A stretch of 64,000 bases of DNA from Pseudomonadota bacterium (GTDB lineage: Bacteria; UBA10199; 2-02-FULL-44-16; JAAZCA01): contig JAZDOG010000090.1 in the NCBI GenBank assembly GCA_043798915.1, positions 1-64,000 on the forward strand, in the 5' to 3' direction. Below, piece after piece: positions 1 through 10,072 of this stretch. The translations under genes and the position numbers were made by a program. The notes below the pieces were generated by a model. It saw only the letters and a list, made by a program, of their open reading frames with translations, did not search any database and was not told the DNA's origin. Every line of letters begins with the position of its first letter. The stretch's first letter is position 1.

Positions 1-132
1 GCGCTCAGCCGCAATCTGTCGCCTGCCATGATTGCTGAATATAAAACAAAGCTCATCCCTAAAAAAATATTGCAGAAGAAGCTGCACGAGTTGTTTATGC
101 TAAACGAACCAGACATAAAGAATGACAGGTAA
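1..132 (+). CDS. 3' end of a YhcG/DUF1016-family PD-(D/E)XK nuclease-domain protein (partial, runs off window)
   Basis: Frame 1 reads ALSRNLSPAMIAEYKTKLIPKKILQKKLHELF...*, resembling the typical DUF1016 C-terminus (ALSRxLSPxxIAEYxTxLPxKxxLQxKLHE); AT-rich. Confidence 0.6.
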   Translation, partial: ALSRNLSPAMIAEYKTKLIPKKILQKKLHELFMLNEPDIKNDR

Positions 133-188
133 TTGAGTGAGAAAAGATTAAAAACGAGGAGAACAAGACGGAATATGAGGACTGGTTG

Positions 189-1196
189 ATGTTTTCATAT
201 ATTATAAAACGCATGCTGCTGATGATCCCGACGCTCCTGGGGATCATCGTCATCACATTCGCGGTGGTCCATCTGGCGCCGGGCGATCCGGCGGCCCTCA
301 GGGCTCAGTCCGCGGGCGAGATGCTCTCCTCCGATATGATGACCAGGCAGATAGTCGACCAGACGAGGGCCATCTACGGCCTCGATAAACCGCTTCATGT
401 GCAGTTCGGCAGGTGGCTGAAACAGGTGGCGACACTCGACTTCGGAACCTCCTACAGGGATCACAGGAAGGTCAGAAGCAAGATAGCGGACGCGCTGCCG
501 ATCACGCTCACCTTGAACGTCCTCACGATCCTCATCATATATATAGTCTCAATTCCGCTTGGAACTATCACCGCCTTGAAGCCAAGGGGGCTGGCGGACC
601 GCGCTTCCGCGTTCGTCCTCTTCGTCCTCTATTCCCTCCCTAGCTTCTGGGTGGCGATGATGCTGATAGTGATCTTCGGCGGCGGGGACCATCTCAACTG
701 GTTTCCGATATCCGGGTTCGTCTCGGACAACGCCTCTCGCCTGCCGTGGTACGGCTGGATGTCAAACGTCGCGTGGCACCTGGTCCTGCCGGTGGCGTGC
801 CTCACCTACGGCGGGTTCGCGTTCCTCTCGCGCTTCGCCCGCGCCGCGCTCCTCGAGGTCATCCGGCAGGATTACATCAGGACGGCGCGCGCCAAGGGCC
901 TCTCGGAGTGGCGCGTGGTCGTGGCCCACGGCCTTCGCAACGCCATGATCCCGCTGCTCACGCTCATGGGCACCTTGCTGCCCGCACTCCTGGGCGGCAG
1001 CGTCATAATAGAACAGATATTTTCCATCCCCGGGATGGGGAGATTGGGCTTCGAGTCGGTGCTCGCGCGAGACTACCCGGTGATCATGGCGATCGCCACG
1101 ATATCGGCGTTTCTCACGCTGGCGAGCATACTCATAACCGATATCCTCTATGTGATCGTGGATCCGAGGATCTCGTTTGAGAAGAGGAGTGCTTGA
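189..1196 (+). CDS. oppB: Oligopeptide/dipeptide ABC transporter permease (OppB/DppB)
   Basis: N-terminal YIIKRMLLMIPTLLGI..LAPGDPA, EAA loop DYIRTARAKGLS, C-terminal RDYPVI...DPRI; multiple TM segments. Confidence 0.9.
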   Translation: MFSYIIKRMLLMIPTLLGIIVITFAVVHLAPGDPAALRAQSAGEMLSSDMMTRQIVDQTRAIYGLDKPLHVQFGRWLKQVATLDFGTSYRDHRKVRSKIADALPITLTLNVLTILIIYIVSIPLGTITALKPRGLADRASAFVLFVLYSLPSFWVAMMLIVIFGGGDHLNWFPISGFVSDNASRLPWYGWMSNVAWHLVLPVACLTYGGFAFLSRFARAALLEVIRQDYIRTARAKGLSEWRVVVAHGLRNAMIPLLTLMGTLLPALLGGSVIIEQIFSIPGMGRLGFESVLARDYPVIMAIATISAFLTLASILITDILYVIVDPRISFEKRSA

Positions 1197-1199
1197 AGG

Positions 1200-2102
1200 A
1201 TGCGTAGATCCCAGAGATACAGCGCGCTCGTGTGGCGCCAGTTCCGAAAGAGCTGGCTGGCCGTGGGGGCGCTCGCGTTTGTGATCGTCCTCGCTGCCGC
1301 GGCGATCGCGGCGCCGTTCATCGCGAACGACCGGCCGATAGTCGCTGTCCGCGGATGGACGATCAATCCTCCGATCCGGTTCAGCCCCGGTTCGTATGAT
1401 CTCGGCGCGATCCTCTCCCCCCCGTCGCGCTCGCATCTGCTCGGCACCGACGGCGACGGCAGGGACGTTGCCGCGCAGCTTGTGTGGGGCGCGCGCGTGT
1501 CGCTCTCGGTTGGGCTGGTCGCAGTGGGGATCGCCGTCATCATCGGCATACTGCTCGGGGCGCTGGCAGGATTCTACGGCGGATGGATCGACATCGTGAT
1601 CTCGAGATTCATCGAGGTGATGATGTGCTTCCCGACCTTCTTCCTCATCCTCGCGGTGCTGGCCTTCGTGGGCCCCTCCATATACAACATCATGGCCGTG
1701 ATCGGCGTCACAGGATGGACGGGCGTGGCGAGGCTGGTGCGCGGCGAGTGCCTGAAGCTCCGGAAGAGGGAGTTCGTCACCGCCGCAGTCGTCGCCGGCG
1801 CCGGCCACTCGAGGATCATATTGCGGCACATATTGCCGAGCGCGCTCGCCCCGGTGCTGGTCTCCGCGACGTTCGGCGTCGCCGGGGCGATCCTCGTCGA
1901 ATCGTCGCTCTCGTTTCTGGGCTTCGGCGTTCCTCCGTCGACGCCCAGCTGGGGGAGCATGCTCTCGCAGGCGCAGCAGTTCATGGACATCGCCTGGTGG
2001 TTGACTTTGGCGCCTGGCTTTGCGATTTTTGCGACGATCACCGCCTATAACCTCGTCGGCGAGGCCGTCAGGGATGCGATAGACCCGAGTCTCAGGACAT
2101 GA
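1200..2102 (+). CDS. oppC: Oligopeptide ABC transporter permease (OppC/DppC)
   Basis: [43 protein letters not shown] motifs. Confidence 0.9.
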   Translation: MRRSQRYSALVWRQFRKSWLAVGALAFVIVLAAAAIAAPFIANDRPIVAVRGWTINPPIRFSPGSYDLGAILSPPSRSHLLGTDGDGRDVAAQLVWGARVSLSVGLVAVGIAVIIGILLGALAGFYGGWIDIVISRFIEVMMCFPTFFLILAVLAFVGPSIYNIMAVIGVTGWTGVARLVRGECLKLRKREFVTAAVVAGAGHSRIILRHILPSALAPVLVSATFGVAGAILVESSLSFLGFGVPPSTPSWGSMLSQAQQFMDIAWWLTLAPGFAIFATITAYNLVGEAVRDAIDPSLRT

Positions 2103-2118
2103 TCGGGATGGAGTCAAT

Positions 2119-3102
2119 TTGCCACTGATACAGGTAAAAAATCTGCGGACTCATTTTTTCACCGACACCGGAGTCGTCAAGGCCGTCGACGGCGTCGCGT
2201 TTTCGCTCGATCGCGGCGAGACGCTGGGGCTCGTCGGCGAGAGCGGCTGCGGCAAGAGCATGCTAGCGCTCTCGCTCATGAGGCTCGTCCCCGATCCTCC
2301 CGGCAGGATCGTCGGAGGCGAGATCATCCTCCGCGACGGCGGCGACCCGGTCGATCTCCTCAAGCTTTCCGAGAGGCGCATGAGGAAGGTGAGGGGCCGC
2401 AGGATCGCGATGGTCTTCCAGGAGCCGATGACGTCGCTCAACCCGGTCTACACGATCGGCGACCAGATCGGCGAGGCGGTGGCGCAGCACGATGGCGGCA
2501 GCAGGAAGGCGGTCAGCTCGCGCGTGATAGAGATGCTCAAGCTCGTGGGGATGCCGGAGCCTGCCCTCCGCGCCAGGGATTATCCGCACCAGCTCTCCGG
2601 CGGGATGCGCCAGCGCGCGATGATAGCGATGGCGCTCTCCTGCAGACCTGATATGCTCATCGCCGACGAGCCGACCACTGCGCTCGACGTGACGATCCAG
2701 GCGCAGATACTGGAACTCATGGCGAGGCTCCAGCAGGAGCTTGGCATGGCGCTGATACTTGTCACGCACGACCTCGGCGTGGTCGCGGAGATGGCCAAGA
2801 GGGTGATCGTCATGTACGCCGGGCAGTTTGTAGAGGAGGGCACGGCGCAACAGATATTCCGCGAGCCGATGCACCCCTACACGCAGGGGCTGATCAGATC
2901 GATCATCCCGCTTTCGAGGCTGGGTGCCGGCATAAAGCTCCCTACTATTCCGGGGCAGGTGCCCGACCTCTCGCAGCTGCCGCGCGGCTGCTACTTCGCG
3001 GACCGCTGCCCGAAGGTGCAGGATCGCTGTCGCGCCGAGCCGGTTCCGGAAGATCCGTGCAGCGTCGGCCGGCTGGCGAGATGTTTTTATGCCGGGCTGT
3101 AA
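2119..3102 (+). CDS. oppD: Oligopeptide ABC transporter ATP-binding protein (OppD)
   Basis: Walker [25 protein letters not shown], oligo_HPY tail HPYTQGL...C; TTG start after GGAG. Confidence 0.9.
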   Translation: MPLIQVKNLRTHFFTDTGVVKAVDGVAFSLDRGETLGLVGESGCGKSMLALSLMRLVPDPPGRIVGGEIILRDGGDPVDLLKLSERRMRKVRGRRIAMVFQEPMTSLNPVYTIGDQIGEAVAQHDGGSRKAVSSRVIEMLKLVGMPEPALRARDYPHQLSGGMRQRAMIAMALSCRPDMLIADEPTTALDVTIQAQILELMARLQQELGMALILVTHDLGVVAEMAKRVIVMYAGQFVEEGTAQQIFREPMHPYTQGLIRSIIPLSRLGAGIKLPTIPGQVPDLSQLPRGCYFADRCPKVQDRCRAEPVPEDPCSVGRLARCFYAGL

Positions 3103-3107
3103 TAGGA

Positions 3108-3135
3108 TTGAGCAAATTATGAAGAGCTGTATGAT
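3108..3135 (+). promoter_or_regulatory. Possible sigma70 promoter of the inserted ATPase cassette
   Basis: TTGAGC-16 nt-TATGAT, 40 nt upstream of ATG 3175. Confidence 0.35.
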
Positions 3136-3174
3136 TCATGGGTTAATAATCGAAATTAAGAAAGGAACGCACGA

Positions 3175-4437
3175 ATGATAACCTTCGTAGAGGCGAAAAA
3201 TTTCCGTTGCTTGCGATATATTAGGCAACCTTTGGGTGATTTTCACGTGTTGGTTGGACCCAATGCAAGCGGGAAAACGACGTTTCTTGATGTGGTTGCC
3301 TTTCTCGGGAGGCTTGTCTCGGATGGGCTTGAAGAAGCGGTGGGGGATCGCACGCGGAACTTTCAGGATCTGCTATGGGGCCGGGATGGCCAAGGATTCG
3401 AATTGGCCATTGAAGTCAAAATTCCGGAAAGCCGTCGGGAACATCTTTCAGATCCAGATTTCGATACAGTGCGATATGAAGTGAAGATAGGAGCAAATGG
3501 GGAACACAACGAGACGGCCATATTGGCGGAGAAAGCGCTGTTGAAGAAAATGAGTTCAGGACAGCCAATAATCCAAGCAGAATTTTTCCCAAATCCAGCG
3601 GTGGCCCCTGAGACACTTATGACAGGCAGGGCGGCAAAAGGGACTCGCCTTTTGCTCAACAAAGTGCCAGGTGGCAATGACAACTTTTATTCCGAGGTTT
3701 ACAAGGAAAGTGGAAAAGGATGGGCGCCGTCCATTAGATTGGGTTCTCTCAAGTCGGCGCTTGGGAACATTCCAGCCGATGAAACAAAATTTCCAGTCTC
3801 AACATGGTTAAAAAATCTTTTGACGGAAGGTGTTCAAAAGATCGTGCTCAATAGTCTTCTGATGCGACAGGCCAGTCCACCCGGGCAGGTTCGCGGTTTT
3901 AAACCGGACGGCTCCAACCTACCTTGGGTAATTGAGACATTGAAGGAGAATGCACCGAAAAAATTCACGGAATGGGTGCGGCACCTTCAAACAGCTTTGC
4001 CTGATATTAAGGACATCCGTACAGTAGAGCGAGAAGATGATCGTCATCGTTATCTTATCACTAAGTACAGTGGCGGCTTGGATATCCCCTCCTGGATGGC
4101 ATCCGATGGCACGTTGCGCTTGTTGGCATTGACGCTTCCAGCCTATCTACCGGATTTCACCGGAGTATATTTGATTGAGGAACCAGAGAATGGAATTCAT
4201 CCCCGTGCCGTGGAGACCGTTTATCAGTCGCTTTCATCGGTCTACGGCGCACAGATACTTGTGGCCACGCACTCTCCGGTCATTCTGAGCATGGTGCAAG
4301 CGGAAAAGGTTCTTTGTTTTGCGAAGGCTGCCAATGGAGCAACAGATATCGTATCCGGGAACCTGCATCCTGCCTTGCGGGAGTGGAAAGGCGAGACGAA
4401 TTTGGGCACTTTGTATGCGGCGGGGGTCCTTGGATGA
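3175..4437 (+). CDS. ABC/AAA_21-type ATPase, similar to MADS defence Mad3 / OLD-type ATPases
   Basis: Walker A GPNASGKT, signature SDGTLRLLAL, Walker B LIEEPENGIHP, H-loop ATHSP; AT-richer than flanks. Confidence 0.75.
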   Translation: MITFVEAKNFRCLRYIRQPLGDFHVLVGPNASGKTTFLDVVAFLGRLVSDGLEEAVGDRTRNFQDLLWGRDGQGFELAIEVKIPESRREHLSDPDFDTVRYEVKIGANGEHNETAILAEKALLKKMSSGQPIIQAEFFPNPAVAPETLMTGRAAKGTRLLLNKVPGGNDNFYSEVYKESGKGWAPSIRLGSLKSALGNIPADETKFPVSTWLKNLLTEGVQKIVLNSLLMRQASPPGQVRGFKPDGSNLPWVIETLKENAPKKFTEWVRHLQTALPDIKDIRTVEREDDRHRYLITKYSGGLDIPSWMASDGTLRLLALTLPAYLPDFTGVYLIEEPENGIHPRAVETVYQSLSSVYGAQILVATHSPVILSMVQAEKVLCFAKAANGATDIVSGNLHPALREWKGETNLGTLYAAGVLG

Positions 4438-5060
4438 ATACTAGGAAAGATATGGTTGTCTTGGTGGCGGATAAGAATATGGAATTCGCTGTTCGCGGTA
4501 TTCTTTCCAGGCCCAAGGCAATTGGATTGCGCAATATTTTGTATGATATTTTTGTGCATCCCGAAAGGGATCCTGGATGTTTGAATAGAGGGTCTGATTT
4601 TCTGCGCGCTTTTTCGAAAAGTCATGCTCATGCTTTGATTCTTTTTGATCGCGATGGATGTGGGCGGGAAACTGAGGAGCTGAAAGTTCTAGAGGAAGAG
4701 GTAGAAAAATCGATTGCCGGCTTCGGATGGAAAGGATATGCCGCCGTCGTAATTGCACCTGAATTGGAAAATTGGGTTTGGAGCGATTCCCCTCATGTTG
4801 ATGAAGTTCTTGGTTGGGCCGAAAGACAGCCAGCCCTTCGCCGATGGTTATGCGATCATGGACATTGGCCGGATCAAGTTCCCAAACCATTCGCTCCCAA
4901 AGAAGCTCTTGAAGCTGCAATACGCGAGGTGGGTATGCCGCGTACGTCGGCTATGTATCATGACTTGGCAATTAGGGTAAGCTTTGAGCGGTGCAAAGAC
5001 CGTGCTTTTATAAAGTTGAAGGATGTTCTGAAAACGTGGTTTGGACAAAGAACAACATGA
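4434..5060 (+). CDS. TOPRIM-like partner of the ATPase (MADS Mad4-like)
   Basis: ATGA overlap with ATPase stop; [25 protein letters not shown] (DxD), [10 protein letters not shown] motifs; 208 aa. Confidence 0.6.
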   Translation: MNTRKDMVVLVADKNMEFAVRGILSRPKAIGLRNILYDIFVHPERDPGCLNRGSDFLRAFSKSHAHALILFDRDGCGRETEELKVLEEEVEKSIAGFGWKGYAAVVIAPELENWVWSDSPHVDEVLGWAERQPALRRWLCDHGHWPDQVPKPFAPKEALEAAIREVGMPRTSAMYHDLAIRVSFERCKDRAFIKLKDVLKTWFGQRTT

Positions 5061-6064
5061 CCGATATCCTTGTCGACATCCGCGATTTGACGAAGGGTTT
5101 CCCGATCCACGGCGGCATCCTGGGCCGCGAGGTTGCGCGCGTCCACGCAGTGCGCGGCGTGACGCTCTCCATCCGCCAGGGAGAGACGCTGGGGCTCGTG
5201 GGCGAGAGCGGCTGCGGAAAATCCACGCTCGGGATGCTGATCTTGCGCCTCATCGATCCCGACAGTGGGACGATCGCGTTCGACGGCGTCGACATCACGC
5301 GTTTGCCAGAGCGCTCCTTGAGGCCCATGCGCAGGGAGATGCAGATAATCTTCCAGGATCCGTACGCGTCGCTGAACCCGCGGATGACGGCTGGAGACAT
5401 CATCGCGGAGCCGCTCGTCGTGCACAACATCGACGGCGCCAAGGGCAAGGCCCGCCGCGAAAAGGTGATGGAACTCTTGAAGCTCGTGGGCCTTGCGGAG
5501 GATTCGTTCGGAAAATATCCCCACGAATTCTCCGGAGGCCAGAGGCAGCGGATCGGCATCGCTCGCGCGCTGGCCCTGCGCCCCAAGCTTATCGTTGCGG
5601 ATGAGCCGGTCTCCGCGCTGGATCTCTCCATCCGCGGCGAGATACTCAATCTCCTCGCGGAGCTCCGCGATAAATTTGCGCTCACCTATCTCTTCGTCGC
5701 GCATGATCTCAAAGTGGTCGAGCACATAAGCCACCGCATCTGCGTGATGTACCTGGGCAAGACGATGGAACTCTTTCCGGCGGAGAGGCTTGCGGATGCG
5801 AGGCACCCGTACACGCAGGCGCTCGTCTCGGCGATCCCGATCCCCGATCCTTCCGTCCGGAAGGAGAGGATGGTGCTCGCAGGCGACGTGCCGTCGCCTG
5901 TCTCCCCGCCGCCCGGATGCTCGTTTCATCCGCGCTGTCCCTATGCGCAAGCTATCTGCAGGGAGAAGGAGCCGCCCTTTGTCGAGTACATGCTAGGGTT
6001 TACCGCGGCCTGTCATTTTATCGGCGATATGGAAGGACACAAAGTGGGAGGGAGGATTTTATGA
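5057..6064 (+). CDS. oppF: Oligopeptide ABC transporter ATP-binding protein (OppF)
   Basis: [43 protein letters not shown]; start at ATGA overlap 5057. Confidence 0.9.
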   Translation: MTDILVDIRDLTKGFPIHGGILGREVARVHAVRGVTLSIRQGETLGLVGESGCGKSTLGMLILRLIDPDSGTIAFDGVDITRLPERSLRPMRREMQIIFQDPYASLNPRMTAGDIIAEPLVVHNIDGAKGKARREKVMELLKLVGLAEDSFGKYPHEFSGGQRQRIGIARALALRPKLIVADEPVSALDLSIRGEILNLLAELRDKFALTYLFVAHDLKVVEHISHRICVMYLGKTMELFPAERLADARHPYTQALVSAIPIPDPSVRKERMVLAGDVPSPVSPPPGCSFHPRCPYAQAICREKEPPFVEYMLGFTAACHFIGDMEGHKVGGRIL

Positions 6065-6561
6065 AAAGAGCAGCGTTTCTGTTTGTCCTGACCCTGTGCG
6101 CGTTCGCCATTTCAGGCGATGCTGCGGCCAAAAAGACTTCGACGATCCGCGCGACAGGCGGAATGAATATATCCAACACAGGGCTCGCTGTCGACGCCGG
6201 CTATGACAAGAGGCTCGACGGGTTCGTGCCGGGCTACAAGGTTATCAACGTCGCCCTCTTCAACCAGTCCCTGAACATCATCGGGCTCGATCCCGAAAAG
6301 GACAGGTGGTCGATAAAGCTCGAAGGCGATGGGAAAACTCATCCTGCCATCCACGACCTGCGCGGCCAGGATCCCAAGGCGTGGTCGCAGGTACCGGAGA
6401 AGGCGAGGACTCTCGTGGCCTACCCGCTCGTGCTGGCGATAGGCGCCCGCGAGGTAGTCGATATCTTCGTTCCGGAATCCCTCGATCTTGATCGCTTCAC
6501 GGAACTCGACATTTACCTCAAGTCGATGGACACGAAGCTTGAGATACTTGTGAGACAATAA
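6061..6561 (+). CDS. Hypothetical exported protein (166 aa)
   Basis: GAGG RBS, ATGA overlap with oppF; signal peptide [23 protein letters not shown]. Confidence 0.7.
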   Translation: MKRAAFLFVLTLCAFAISGDAAAKKTSTIRATGGMNISNTGLAVDAGYDKRLDGFVPGYKVINVALFNQSLNIIGLDPEKDRWSIKLEGDGKTHPAIHDLRGQDPKAWSQVPEKARTLVAYPLVLAIGAREVVDIFVPESLDLDRFTELDIYLKSMDTKLEILVRQ

Positions 6562-6566
6562 ATAAT

Positions 6567-7949
6567 ATGGGTATAACGATCGTCCAGAAAAGCGATCTAT
6601 CGAAGAAGCACACCGGTGCTGTGAAGGCGCTCATCCTCGCAGGCGGCGCGGTCACCGGAGGTTCGTTCAAGGCCGGCGGCATCAAGGCGCTCAACGACTA
6701 TTTCACGGGCTTTCGCATCAACGACTTCGATATCTTCGTGGGGATCAGCTCCGGCAGCATGATCGCGACAGCTCTCATGGGCGGGATATCTCCCGAGTCG
6801 ATCCTCAAGAGCCTGGACGGGACGTCCAGCCATTTCACGCCGCTGACCGCGTGGCATTACTACAGGCCCAATATTTCCGAGATCGTGAACCGCCCGATGA
6901 AATTCTTCATGCAGGCGGTGGGCTGGCTTCCGTCGAGGCTCCTCTCGCTGACGGAGCACAACCGGGATTGGTCGCGCGGCCTCATGGGCGCCATCTGGAA
7001 ATTCATCACCTACCCGACCTTTTCTGGATACGAGGAGATGATCGAGCCCATTCTCAGGGCGGCGGACAGGGTCGATTTTCCCTCGCTCTTCGAGCTCCTC
7101 CCCTCGGGCATCTTCGACAACTCTCCGCTCGAAGTCTACTTCAGGCAGAACATAGAGCGAAACGGGCTCACGAACGATTTCCGCGAGGCGAAGAAACTCA
7201 CCGGGAAAAGCCTCTACATCTCGGCGATGAGGCTCGACGGCGCGAAACGCGTCGTCTTCGGGCCCGACGAGGAGACCTCGCTCACGATATCGGAGGCGAT
7301 CCAGGCGTCGACGGCGCTGCCCGGCTTCTACAAGCCGGCCGAAATTCGCGGCGTCGATTACGTCGACGGCGGCGTGCAGGAGACGGCCAACATCGACATC
7401 GCGCTCGAGAAGGGGGCGAAGCTGATCGTCTGCTACAACCCGTTCCGCCCCTACGAGCCGCAGGAGTTCGTGGAGGGGATGAGCCGGAGGCGTAAGGAAG
7501 GAAAACGGCTGGCCACTGGCGGAGTGATCGCTGTGCTCAACCAGATATTCCGCGCCTTCTTTCACGCGAGGCTCAAGGTGGCGCTCGAGAACTTTCGCAA
7601 GTCGCCTGACTTCGACGGCGACATAATACTCATCGAGCCGCGCGCCGACGACAGGGCCTTCTTCGTCCTGAATCCACTCTCGCTTTCAAACCGCGTGGAG
7701 GCGGCGAGGCTGGGATTTGAATCGGTGAGAAACTCGATCGATGAGAAATACGACGAGATATCGAAGATCATGGGCGCGTACGGGATAAAGATGAGCCGCG
7801 CGGGCGTCGAGGACCAGTTCAAGAAGCTCACGAGCTCAAGGCTCACGGATGAAGAGATACAGCTGTTGCTCGAGGGGCGTCCGCAGGGCGCAGCGAAATC
7901 GAAGCCCAAAAGACCCCGCCGCAGACCCAAACCACTCCGCAGGCGTTAA
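6567..7949 (+). CDS. Patatin-like phospholipase
   Basis: Gly-rich LAGGAVTGG, nucleophile GISSG (GxSxG), catalytic DGG (YVDGG); basic C-terminal tail. Confidence 0.85.
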   Translation: MGITIVQKSDLSKKHTGAVKALILAGGAVTGGSFKAGGIKALNDYFTGFRINDFDIFVGISSGSMIATALMGGISPESILKSLDGTSSHFTPLTAWHYYRPNISEIVNRPMKFFMQAVGWLPSRLLSLTEHNRDWSRGLMGAIWKFITYPTFSGYEEMIEPILRAADRVDFPSLFELLPSGIFDNSPLEVYFRQNIERNGLTNDFREAKKLTGKSLYISAMRLDGAKRVVFGPDEETSLTISEAIQASTALPGFYKPAEIRGVDYVDGGVQETANIDIALEKGAKLIVCYNPFRPYEPQEFVEGMSRRRKEGKRLATGGVIAVLNQIFRAFFHARLKVALENFRKSPDFDGDIILIEPRADDRAFFVLNPLSLSNRVEAARLGFESVRNSIDEKYDEISKIMGAYGIKMSRAGVEDQFKKLTSSRLTDEEIQLLLEGRPQGAAKSKPKRPRRRPKPLRRR

Positions 7950-7987
7950 TGACATGCCGTAGTATCTCGACAATTAAAAATTTAGCG

Positions 7988-8107
7988 TATCCAGCCAGGG
8001 AGTTGTCTATTGCTGGACATAACTTCGGAGGGGGAAACCCCCTCCCCGCGCCTGACGGCGCGGTTCCCCTCCCCATGTCCTGCAACAGACAACTCCCTGG
8101 CTGGATA
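7988..8107. repeat. 120-bp long inverted-repeat element (MITE-like or structured RNA)
   Basis: Perfect 21-bp arms TATCCAGCCAGGGAGTTGTCT / AGACAACTCCCTGGCTGGATA, extendable to about 33 bp with 2 mismatches; two internal hairpins. Confidence 0.8.
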
Positions 8108-8113
8108 AATAGT

Positions 8114-8143
8114 TTGACATATTATATTATGTCATATTATAAT
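8114..8143 (+). promoter_or_regulatory. Consensus sigma70 promoter with overlapping palindromic operator
   Basis: TTGACA(8114-8119)-18 nt-TATAAT(8138-8143); palindrome TGACATA-6-TATGTCA at 8115-8134; ATG follows after 6 nt. Confidence 0.8.
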
Positions 8144-8149
8144 AATACC

Positions 8150-8716
8150 ATGAAATCATTAGCTAAAAACCGCAATAAAATGGGAGTCTCCCAGCGTGCG
8201 ATGGCCGGGCTGGCGTCGCTTTCCTTCAGGACCATTCAGCTGCTTGAATCCGGCGCGCATGATCCAAAAATATCTACGCTGAAGAGCCTGGCCGCGGCGC
8301 TTGGGTACCCGCCAGACATAATAGAACATCAGCTGGATAATATTTTCAGTCAGCCCGTCGATTCTGTTTTTATAACATCTGAAAGGATATTGGAGGAAGG
8401 AGAGGACTCCTGGAAAATCTGGCTCTTTAATTTTGTGGATTCCTTCAGGAGGTGCAAGGATTCGGCTTACATCGACACTCCCCCAATGCATGGGCTGTCA
8501 CCTGAAATCAATGCCTTGATCGCCTCGACGGTCGAGATGCTCTGCGAAGAGCTTGAAATCCAAATTCCGGAGTGGTGCGCCATCGTTCCGGCATTGAGTT
8601 CGCCCTGGTTCGTTTCGGGAATGGAGAGTCTCAAGGCGGCTTCGATAGCGGAGAGCCCGATCCATTTCAGAAAACGAAAGATCTTTGTCCTGGAAAATTT
8701 TCTGGCAAGAAAATGA
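8150..8716 (+). CDS. XRE-family HTH protein with a C-terminal antitoxin-like domain
   Basis: HTH SQRAMAGLASLSFRTIQLLESGAHDPKISTL; C-terminal PEWC...SPWFVS...ESPIHFRKRKIFV resembles partners of DUF6036-type nucleotidyltransferases. Confidence 0.7.
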   Translation: MKSLAKNRNKMGVSQRAMAGLASLSFRTIQLLESGAHDPKISTLKSLAAALGYPPDIIEHQLDNIFSQPVDSVFITSERILEEGEDSWKIWLFNFVDSFRRCKDSAYIDTPPMHGLSPEINALIASTVEMLCEELEIQIPEWCAIVPALSSPWFVSGMESLKAASIAESPIHFRKRKIFVLENFLARK

Positions 8717-8823
8717 AATGTACGTTCGATGTGATCGCCAAATACTATCCCCACAACAAGGTGCCGGCCAAAACAGAATTTTTTATTGAGGAAATCATGG
8801 ATAAGGCGGCAAAGGGCGAATGA
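8713..8823 (+). pseudogene. 36-codon remnant, probably the C-terminus of a nucleotidyltransferase toxin
   Basis: ATGA-coupled to the HTH gene; FDVIAKYYPHNKVPAKTEFFIEEI resembles the end of DUF6036-like NTases; no catalytic motif left. Confidence 0.45.
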
Positions 8824-8892
8824 CATTTTTGTAAAACCATCAGACGGAGCGAAGTTTAACCTTGGAAAACAGCAGGTTATGCCTGCCCCTGT

Positions 8893-8931
8893 AAAAACCC
8901 CACGCGTAGTGAAAAAACGCGTGGGGTTTTT
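8893..8931. terminator. Bidirectional intrinsic terminator
   Basis: AAAAACCCCACGCGT-9 nt-ACGCGTGGGGTTTTT between convergent genes. Confidence 0.75.
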
Positions 8932-8960
8932 CTCAGCATCGGAAAGCATTTCTCAATGGA

Positions 8961-9371
8961 TTATTTCTTCGCCATTTTTTTAGCAGGCGATGCGGCCTTT
9001 GGAGTTTCAGTGTCCGCATCATCCGCGGCCTTTGGAGTTTCAACATCCACACCCATCATTACCAGTTTTCTCTTGGCGCAAATAACAATATCGCCCTCGA
9101 ACTCCTCTCTCGTAGCGAGGCCTTGGAGAGATTTGATAAAACGCGCGCGCAGCGGAGAACCATTCGGGATGCCGGCGGCGACAATCAATTCAATCGCCCG
9201 CTCCTTTGCGTCAGCGCAGATGAAATAATCCGGGTGAGTGATAAGAATCAGATTGCTCAATGCAGGTTTCAGCAACTTTGGATCCTCAGCGCGGATGCTG
9301 TCGAGCGAGTTCAATGCCCTTTTATATACTTCGCTCTTTTCATCCATAATCAGCTTCGTCAAAAGAGGCAC
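8961..9371 (-). CDS. Hypothetical helical protein with Ala/Lys-rich tail
   Basis: 136-aa ORF, GAAGGGA before GTG, sigma28-like TCCGATAA upstream, terminator downstream, duplicated ETPKAA. Confidence 0.45.
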   Translation of the reverse strand: MPLLTKLIMDEKSEVYKRALNSLDSIRAEDPKLLKPALSNLILITHPDYFICADAKERAIELIVAAGIPNGSPLRARFIKSLQGLATREEFEGDIVICAKRKLVMMGVDVETPKAADDADTETPKAASPAKKMAKK

Positions 9372-9430
9372 TCCCTTCGCCCCGTGCTTCGCGAGGCCTT
9401 CCGCCGCCGCGCACGCATATTATCGGAATC

Positions 9431-9465
9431 TTGACTCTGTCTCACTTTATGATACACTTGTCTCA
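9431..9465 (+). promoter_or_regulatory. Promoter and operator of the MNT-HEPN module
   Basis: TTGACT-16-TACACT with extended TG; imperfect palindrome TGTCTCA-5-TGATACA plus a further TGTCTCA at 9459-9465. Confidence 0.55.
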
Positions 9466-9484
9466 TAGTTGGAGGTCATTGAAC

Positions 9485-10072
9485 ATGCTGCCCATCTCCA
9501 CCAGATCGCCCTCATTGAGGACAGTCCTTGAATATTTTTTTGAGAATCCAGGCGCGGAGCGATACGTCCGCGAGCTCGCGAGGTCGATCGGCGAGCCGGT
9601 GGCATCTGTCCAGAGGCATCTCCTTGCGCTGGAGAAAGAGGGCGTCCTTAAATCCAGGAAACACGGGCCGCTAAAGCACTACTTCCTGAATGCGGATTAC
9701 AGATATCTCCCGGAGCTCCGAAGCGTGGTCCTGAGGGAGGCGCGCAGGCTCAAGCTGGAAGAGAACCTGAAGAAGATAATCGGCATCCTAAAGAAATCCT
9801 ATCCCCCGGAGAAGGTGATCCTCTTCGGGTCGCTGGCCCGCGGGAGGGTTTCGCCGGACAGCGACATCGATATTCTCATCGTGAAGAGGGGGGTGGCGCC
9901 GCGCTACTGGGATCGCGTGAGAGAGCTGGCTCCTCTGCTTTCGGGCTGCAGTGTTGGCGTGGACTACCTCATCTGGACTCCGGAGGAATTTGAATTGGGT
10001 AGACAGGAGAACCGTTTTTTGAAAGAAGAGGTGCTGGATTGCGGGAGGGTGGTCTATGAGCGGGCGGCATGA
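9485..10072 (+). CDS. Winged-HTH + minimal nucleotidyltransferase (MntA-like antitoxin)
   Basis: N-terminal wHTH (YVRELARSIGEPVASVQRHLLALEKEG); NTase motif LFGSLARG...DSDIDILIV; GGAGG RBS. Confidence 0.8.
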   Translation: MLPISTRSPSLRTVLEYFFENPGAERYVRELARSIGEPVASVQRHLLALEKEGVLKSRKHGPLKHYFLNADYRYLPELRSVVLREARRLKLEENLKKIIGILKKSYPPEKVILFGSLARGRVSPDSDIDILIVKRGVAPRYWDRVRELAPLLSGCSVGVDYLIWTPEEFELGRQENRFLKEEVLDCGRVVYERAA

